Of a stretch of 20,000 bases of DNA, positions 15,454 to 20,000 are shown in pieces. The translations under genes and the position numbers were made by a program. How positions within the stretch are numbered: position 1 is the first letter of the stretch; each line of letters begins with the position of its first letter. Source of the DNA: an uncultured virus (IMG/VR IMGVR_UViG_3300025889_000100) (taxonomy: Duplodnaviria > Heunggongvirae > Uroviricota > Caudoviricetes); the IMG/VR virus record IMGVR_UViG_3300025889_000100; one strand, written 5' to 3'. The notes beneath the pieces were generated by a model. That model was not told the DNA's origin and searched no databases. It was given only the letters and a program-made list of their open reading frames with translations.

Positions 15454-16967
15454 TGTAATTCCTCCATTCTTTTTATCGTGTCAATATCATTGACGAATTT
15501 ATCCTCTCGAATCCTTTTGCATCTTGGAAACCTGAGAGAGAGATTTCCTTTAGCATCTTTACTTACCAAATCAGCACGTATTTCTAATACTGTGCGAGGT
15601 AAGAAATGATAAGTTCCGTCTTTGAAAGACTCGACATTCTTTCTTAGATTACTAGTAAGATTAATTAATTGTGTGTCTGTGAAGCCACTTCCGCACCATC
15701 CGACAGAAGTAAAACCATTATCTGATTTTACTGCAATTTCAAATGTAGCGAATACATTTGAGTTTTTCCCGTCGCCATACTTTGCTGAGATAATAACTAC
15801 ATCTAAATCAATTAGAGGTGGTTTATACTTAGCCCAGTATTTTGACCTTTTACCAGATTCATAAGGTGCATTTGCATCCTTTACAATAATACCTTCAAAA
15901 CCTTCGTTGATTGCTCTATTATAGAAAGCCATTACATCAGTCGTTGAACGCTCGGCTTGGTCAGGTAAAGTATTCATTTCTATCAAACGCTGAGAATAAG
16001 GTAAGTTCATTATTGTTACACCTTTATACATTAGACAATCAAATATAACCCACTTTACTGGGCATTTAGAAATCGCTTCAGTCTTATCTTTTGAATGTAC
16101 TCTTGTTGCAAGTTTAGAATGGGGCGCAGGTAATCCGTTTTCTACTGGATAAATTTCCCCATCAAGAATAAGATTATTAACCTCATAGTTTCGGACTATT
16201 TCTGCGACATCAGAAAACTGTTCTGTTACAATTTTTCCAGTGCGATTGAAAATAATCACGCTATTATCTTTCTTGTGAATTTGATAGCGATTACCGTCAT
16301 ACTTGAAATCCACAATTTTATTTGAAGGCCACTTATTCATAGGTATTGCTTTTGCGAGCATAGGTGAAACAAATGCGCCATGAGTTAAATTCATTGGTGG
16401 TTCTTCATTCATTTCATAGTATGAAATAACATCAGTCATACTATTAAAGTTACAGTGCTTTTTAACATCTGCAATCTTTTTACCATAGTGCTTTGCTAGT
16501 ACTTTCTTAAGTGTAGTGGATTGAACCCCGTTTCTTGGTGTTCTTAACCAATAACGAATAAACCACTTTACTTCAGTATCAGACATATTTAATAGATGTT
16601 CTTCAATCAAAGCAAATGAATTAGAAGTCATATTAGAACAGTCTAACTCAAGAAGAGTCTTGAAAGTTTTAATTGTGTATTTATTATCTTTCTGAGAATT
16701 ATCGAACCAATACATTGCTTCCCCTAAGTCTCCATAAGTATCATATTCTACATCAATTTCATCTTCAAACACATCGTAGATTTTAGCCATCCATTTCTTA
16801 GCCTTAGCCAAACCAATATTGTTTGGTGTTAATTCAAGAGACAAAATACTGAATAGTATTTGTTTATCTTCAAAACTCTCCATTTCCTTTGAAAGAAATG
16901 TTACCGCTTGAGTTGGAGTCATAGACTCGCTCGCTTCTAGTAATCTCGTTAATTTCTTCATTGTCAT
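15450..16967 (-). CDS. lig: ATP-dependent DNA ligase
   Basis: Motif I KYDGNR, LDGE, IFDCL, EGIIVK, WAKYK, DLDVVI, CGSGFTD and SLRFPR, plus an N-terminal DNA-binding domain (GDLGE). Confidence 0.96.
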   Translation of the reverse strand: MTMKKLTRLLEASESMTPTQAVTFLSKEMESFEDKQILFSILSLELTPNNIGLAKAKKWMAKIYDVFEDEIDVEYDTYGDLGEAMYWFDNSQKDNKYTIKTFKTLLELDCSNMTSNSFALIEEHLLNMSDTEVKWFIRYWLRTPRNGVQSTTLKKVLAKHYGKKIADVKKHCNFNSMTDVISYYEMNEEPPMNLTHGAFVSPMLAKAIPMNKWPSNKIVDFKYDGNRYQIHKKDNSVIIFNRTGKIVTEQFSDVAEIVRNYEVNNLILDGEIYPVENGLPAPHSKLATRVHSKDKTEAISKCPVKWVIFDCLMYKGVTIMNLPYSQRLIEMNTLPDQAERSTTDVMAFYNRAINEGFEGIIVKDANAPYESGKRSKYWAKYKPPLIDLDVVIISAKYGDGKNSNVFATFEIAVKSDNGFTSVGWCGSGFTDTQLINLTSNLRKNVESFKDGTYHFLPRTVLEIRADLVSKDAKGNLSLRFPRCKRIREDKFVNDIDTIKRMEELQ

Positions 16968-17097
16968 TTATCATCACTTCTTTATTTTTATTTACTTCTT
17001 TAATCAATTGTTTAAGCAATTGACTAATCCTTCCTTCATGTTTTTCTGAATATTCCCACATGGCATTAGCCAAGTATATCCAGTCATTCTTCTTCAT
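16870..17097 (-). CDS. hypothetical protein
   Basis: MKKNDWIYLANAMW... with GGTGA upstream; 3' end overlaps the ligase start by 98 nt. Confidence 0.6.
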   Translation of the reverse strand: MKKNDWIYLANAMWEYSEKHEGRISQLLKQLIKEVNKNKEVMINDNEEINEITRSERVYDSNSSGNISFKGNGEF

Positions 17098-17431
17098 CGC
17101 CAATCACCAATAAGAAACTTAAAAAGTTACTCATCATATTTGACAGAATATCCGCTTCTTCGATTTTACCAATCGCTAGAAGTTTATTCTGCAAACTAAT
17201 CATAGTTCCTTGAGTAATTGCAGGTGCAATCTTAGCAAGAGAACCATTCAATTGTATTTCCCAATAAGATATAAATGAGGCTCTTGCAAAGTAAGAAGCA
17301 TATCTTACATCTTGCTGTCCTGTATTAAACATCTCAAGGTATGAGCCGTGTAGTTTCTTTCGCTTTTCTTTGCACCAAGATGCAAACTTCTTATCATTAT
17401 TTGCTATTAAATATAATTTATTCATATTCAT
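17084..17431 (-). CDS. hypothetical protein
   Basis: Coupled same-strand ORF. Confidence 0.7.
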   Translation of the reverse strand: MNMNKLYLIANNDKKFASWCKEKRKKLHGSYLEMFNTGQQDVRYASYFARASFISYWEIQLNGSLAKIAPAITQGTMISLQNKLLAIGKIEEADILSNMMSNFLSFLLVIGDEEE

Positions 17432-17721
17432 TCTTCATCATCTCCGTATATTTTCATTTGTTCCTTTAGTATTTCATCTAGTAAAACACTTCTAATTCTA
17501 TCGTAGCATTTCTTTACATCTTCACGTTTCATTGTAGCCCCACGAAGTCCTTCACCTGCGGGAATATTTTTTCTAATATCAGCATATTGAGCAAATAAAT
17601 CAACCAATTCACTTGCTGAAAATTTAAACTCGTTAAATGCTCCTTCAGAATGCTTTCTTAATGCGTTTGCTCTCCGCAACGATTTTTTAACTTGGACATC
17701 ACTCATCCTCTTTATTCTCAT
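17428..17721 (-). CDS. hypothetical basic protein
   Basis: Coupled ORF with a GGAGG RBS. Confidence 0.7.
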   Translation of the reverse strand: MRIKRMSDVQVKKSLRRANALRKHSEGAFNEFKFSASELVDLFAQYADIRKNIPAGEGLRGATMKREDVKKCYDRIRSVLLDEILKEQMKIYGDDEE

Positions 17722-17920
17722 TTAATTTCCTCCTTAGTAAGTTTAAGACTTTATTAGCCTCATCAATATTCATTCTTATTCCTTTTCCTGTTGGTTTGTC
17801 TTTTTTGAACCAGCGAATATCAACTACTTCAACATTCCAATATGTTCCTGTTTGAATTACAATTTCTTCATCAGAATTTCTAACTACTGAACCTATTCTC
17901 TCAAGACTCAATTCATCCAC
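17699..17920 (-). CDS. PC4/Sub1-like ssDNA-binding protein
   Basis: VDIRWF...PTGKGI matches the PC4 signature (DIR.....PT.KGI). Confidence 0.85.
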   Translation of the reverse strand: MDELSLERIGSVVRNSDEEIVIQTGTYWNVEVVDIRWFKKDKPTGKGIRMNIDEANKVLNLLRRKLNENKEDE

Positions 17921-18303
17921 CCCTGTTTAAACTTCTTTAAATCCTGAGCAGAAGTAAAGTATCTGGGAACATCTAATTGGTCTAAACGATTAACAACCCA
18001 ACAAGTTCCACCTAATGAAGATATTTGAACAATTTCAAATTGACCTTCGTTTACTTCTAATACTTCAGAAGTATTAATTTCTGGAACTAAACCATAAGAC
18101 TTGGTTATCTCCTTAGCGATTTCATGAATGTTTTCTACAACATATTTTATGATATGCGCTCTTTGAATTGGAATCTTTGGGGCTACTGGGATTTGTAATT
18201 TACCAGTCATATTGCAGACTTTACATTTATTGCCCTCACAAATAGGACATTTAATCTCCGCTTTGTGTGGCGCAGGTAAAGTTACAGTAATTGCTCGTTT
18301 CAA
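17908..18303 (-). CDS. protein with a DnaJ-type Cys zinc-finger motif; probable TTG start at 18303
   Basis: CPICEGNKCKVCNMTG; GGGAGG RBS before the TTG, which overlaps the upstream TGA. Confidence 0.65.
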   Translation of the reverse strand: MKRAITVTLPAPHKAEIKCPICEGNKCKVCNMTGKLQIPVAPKIPIQRAHIIKYVVENIHEIAKEITKSYGLVPEINTSEVLEVNEGQFEIVQISSLGGTCWVVNRLDQLDVPRYFTSAQDLKKFKQGWMN

Positions 18304-18437
18304 TGAAAACCCTCCCAATAATAATCATCTTCCTCAAATTCCTCAACCTCTTCAGGTTCTGGAAAAAGATGTAAATGGTATAAATTAAGTGCATAAAGTA
18401 TTGCTATGCACAAAAATAAATAAAAGAAATCTCTCAT
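18300..18437 (-). CDS. 45-aa membrane-anchored protein with acidic tail
   Basis: Manual translation MRDFFYLFLCIAILYALNLYHLHLFPEPEEVEEFEEDDYYWEGFH*, with TGATG coupling. Confidence 0.65.
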   Translation of the reverse strand: MRDFFYLFLCIAILYALNLYHLHLFPEPEEVEEFEEDDYYWEGFH

Positions 18438-18556
18438 CAGTAAACCCCCATAATATTATTAACTCTTTCTTGAAGAGTATTTGCTAAGTTAGAATGACCT
18501 AATAAATTTAAAAGAGTAATAGCATCAGTACATACATTAATTAATCTATCTTCCAT
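18437..18556 (-). CDS. hypothetical protein (39 aa)
   Basis: Manual translation MEDRLINVCTDAITLLNLLGHSNLANTLQERVNNIMGVY*, with a GGAGG RBS. Confidence 0.6.
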   Translation of the reverse strand: MEDRLINVCTDAITLLNLLGHSNLANTLQERVNNIMGVY

Positions 18557-18558
18557 AT

Positions 18559-18987
18559 TTATTCCTCCACTATTTTTCTACCTAATATAGTTTTTACTTT
18601 TGAAGAAAGTTTATCGTTGTTCATACTTTGCAATAATAGTCTTATTTCATCATCTTCTACTGAATCAATAGTCTTTGAAATATCATATTGATTAGATTCA
18701 ACGTGATTAATAAAATCAGAAGGTAATTCAATTTGATGTTCTTCAACGTAATGAGAAAGACCTGAAGGCCAAAGATATACACCATCAACCATTTCAGAAC
18801 TACCGTTTATTTCTCCACATATCCTACAACGAGAAACTCCCCTATAAGAATAAACAAGAACACCATTAGATAAATAGTTCAACATTTTTTCAATGTCATA
18901 ATTGGCTTTATTAGAAATAGGCATAGGTAAATCAGGGTATGTATTGTTTATTGTATTCCAAAATCCTACTCTTTTAAGTTTTGGCAT
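18559..18987 (-). CDS. conserved hypothetical protein with probable Zn site
   Basis: YRGVSRCRICG...NGS...WPSGLSHYVEEH contains CxxC and HxxxH motifs. Confidence 0.75.
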   Translation of the reverse strand: MPKLKRVGFWNTINNTYPDLPMPISNKANYDIEKMLNYLSNGVLVYSYRGVSRCRICGEINGSSEMVDGVYLWPSGLSHYVEEHQIELPSDFINHVESNQYDISKTIDSVEDDEIRLLLQSMNNDKLSSKVKTILGRKIVEE

Positions 18988-18989
18988 AT

Positions 18990-20000
18990 TTATTCCCCCA
19001 TTAATACTGCTACATCTGTAGTCAAGAAAAGGTTTGCGATTGACATTGCTGCATTGAAACTTCCTAATGTTACAAGAAGAGGGTCAAAGATTCCTGCCTC
19101 TCTTAAATCACAAGAAACCCCAGTTACCATATTAATTCCCATATCTCTATTATCATCAAGAAGTGTATCATATCTATCAGCATCAATTCCTGCATTTTCT
19201 ACTAAAGCCTGTAAAGGAGCAGTTAAAGACTTATACACAATAAAATCTCCTTTCTGTTCAATGTCCAATGCCTTTCTTGCATTAAACAATGACTTTCCGC
19301 CACCGATAATAATTCCACCCTTTAATGCAGATTTAGTCGCATTTAGGGCATCATCGAGTCTTTCCTTAGTTTCTCTCAATTCAACGGTTGAGCCAGCACC
19401 AACATGAATAATAGCAACGCCACCCGCCAAACGAGCCAAACGACGCTTCAATCTTGCCTTATCCATACCCTTTGCATCTTCGACACTACCTCTTAGTTGG
19501 GCGATTTTATCTTTTGGATTACCTTCTCCGCCAATCAGAATTGTTTTCTCCTTCGATACCACAACCTTCAAGCAACTTCCAAGTTCTGTTAATGAAACTA
19601 ATTGAGGGTCATCCTTTGCTTCGTTAGTAAAAACTTTACCACCGACTAAAGATTGAATATCTCCTAATTCATCAATTTGAGCATCACCAAAATTGGGTGC
19701 AAGAATAGCCGCACATTGAATTGTATTTGCAACTACGTTAGCAATAAGATTGTTTAATGCTGAACCTTCCATACCTTTACACATAATTAATAAAGGCCGA
19801 CCTTGTGCAGAAGAAATCTCAAGAACTGGTAAAATATCTTTAAAGTTACGAATGTTTAGATTCGACATAAAGACAAGAGGATTCTCAAATACGGCTTCAC
19901 CATTTTCAGTATTTGCCATAAGGTGACTTAAGTAACCTTCATCTAACTCAATACCTTCTTTAACTTCAAGATAAGTCTTGTTTGTTTTAGATTCTTCAAC
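18990..20000 (-). CDS. groEL: group I chaperonin (GroEL-like), 5'-truncated by the window edge
   Basis: The frame is open to the window end (VEESKT...EGIELDEGYLS). Motifs APNFGD, RLARLAGGVAIIHVGA, ERLDDALNAT, GIIIGGG and GIFDP. Confidence 0.93.
   Translation of the reverse strand, partial: VEESKTNKTYLEVKEGIELDEGYLSHLMANTENGEAVFENPLVFMSNLNIRNFKDILPVLEISSAQGRPLLIMCKGMEGSALNNLIANVVANTIQCAAILAPNFGDAQIDELGDIQSLVGGKVFTNEAKDDPQLVSLTELGSCLKVVVSKEKTILIGGEGNPKDKIAQLRGSVEDAKGMDKARLKRRLARLAGGVAIIHVGAGSTVELRETKERLDDALNATKSALKGGIIIGGGKSLFNARKALDIEQKGDFIVYKSLTAPLQALVENAGIDADRYDTLLDDNRDMGINMVTGVSCDLREAGIFDPLLVTLGSFNAAMSIANLFLTTDVAVLMGE

Overview
AT-rich, gene-dense fragment of a probable tailed dsDNA virus of archaea. 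It most resembles the magroviruses of Marine Group II Euryarchaeota (Poseidoniales); this is inferred from gene content and recalled literature, not from a database search. Almost the whole window (290-20000) is one minus-strand, translationally coupled gene block with GGTGA/GGAGG ribosome-binding sites. In transcription order it encodes a partial group I chaperonin (GroEL-like), small Zn-finger and PC4-like proteins, an ATP-dependent DNA ligase, a histone-fold protein, a degenerate LAGLIDADG protein, two RFC clamp-loader subunits, an SSB/RPA-like protein, a Sak4/RadA-like ATPase, a PCNA-like clamp, a family B DNA polymerase split into two genes with four small ORFs between them, a Cas4-like nuclease, a fused PriS-PriL primase, an ERCC4 nuclease, an AAA+ helicase, a DEDD exonuclease and a small Zn-ribbon protein. 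The block ends at a hairpin-plus-U8 terminator, facing the end of a plus-strand unit that is probably structural. The most notable features are the histone-fold fusion protein, the intein-less split PolB with non-canonical motifs A, B and C, and the apparently inactive LAGLIDADG gene.
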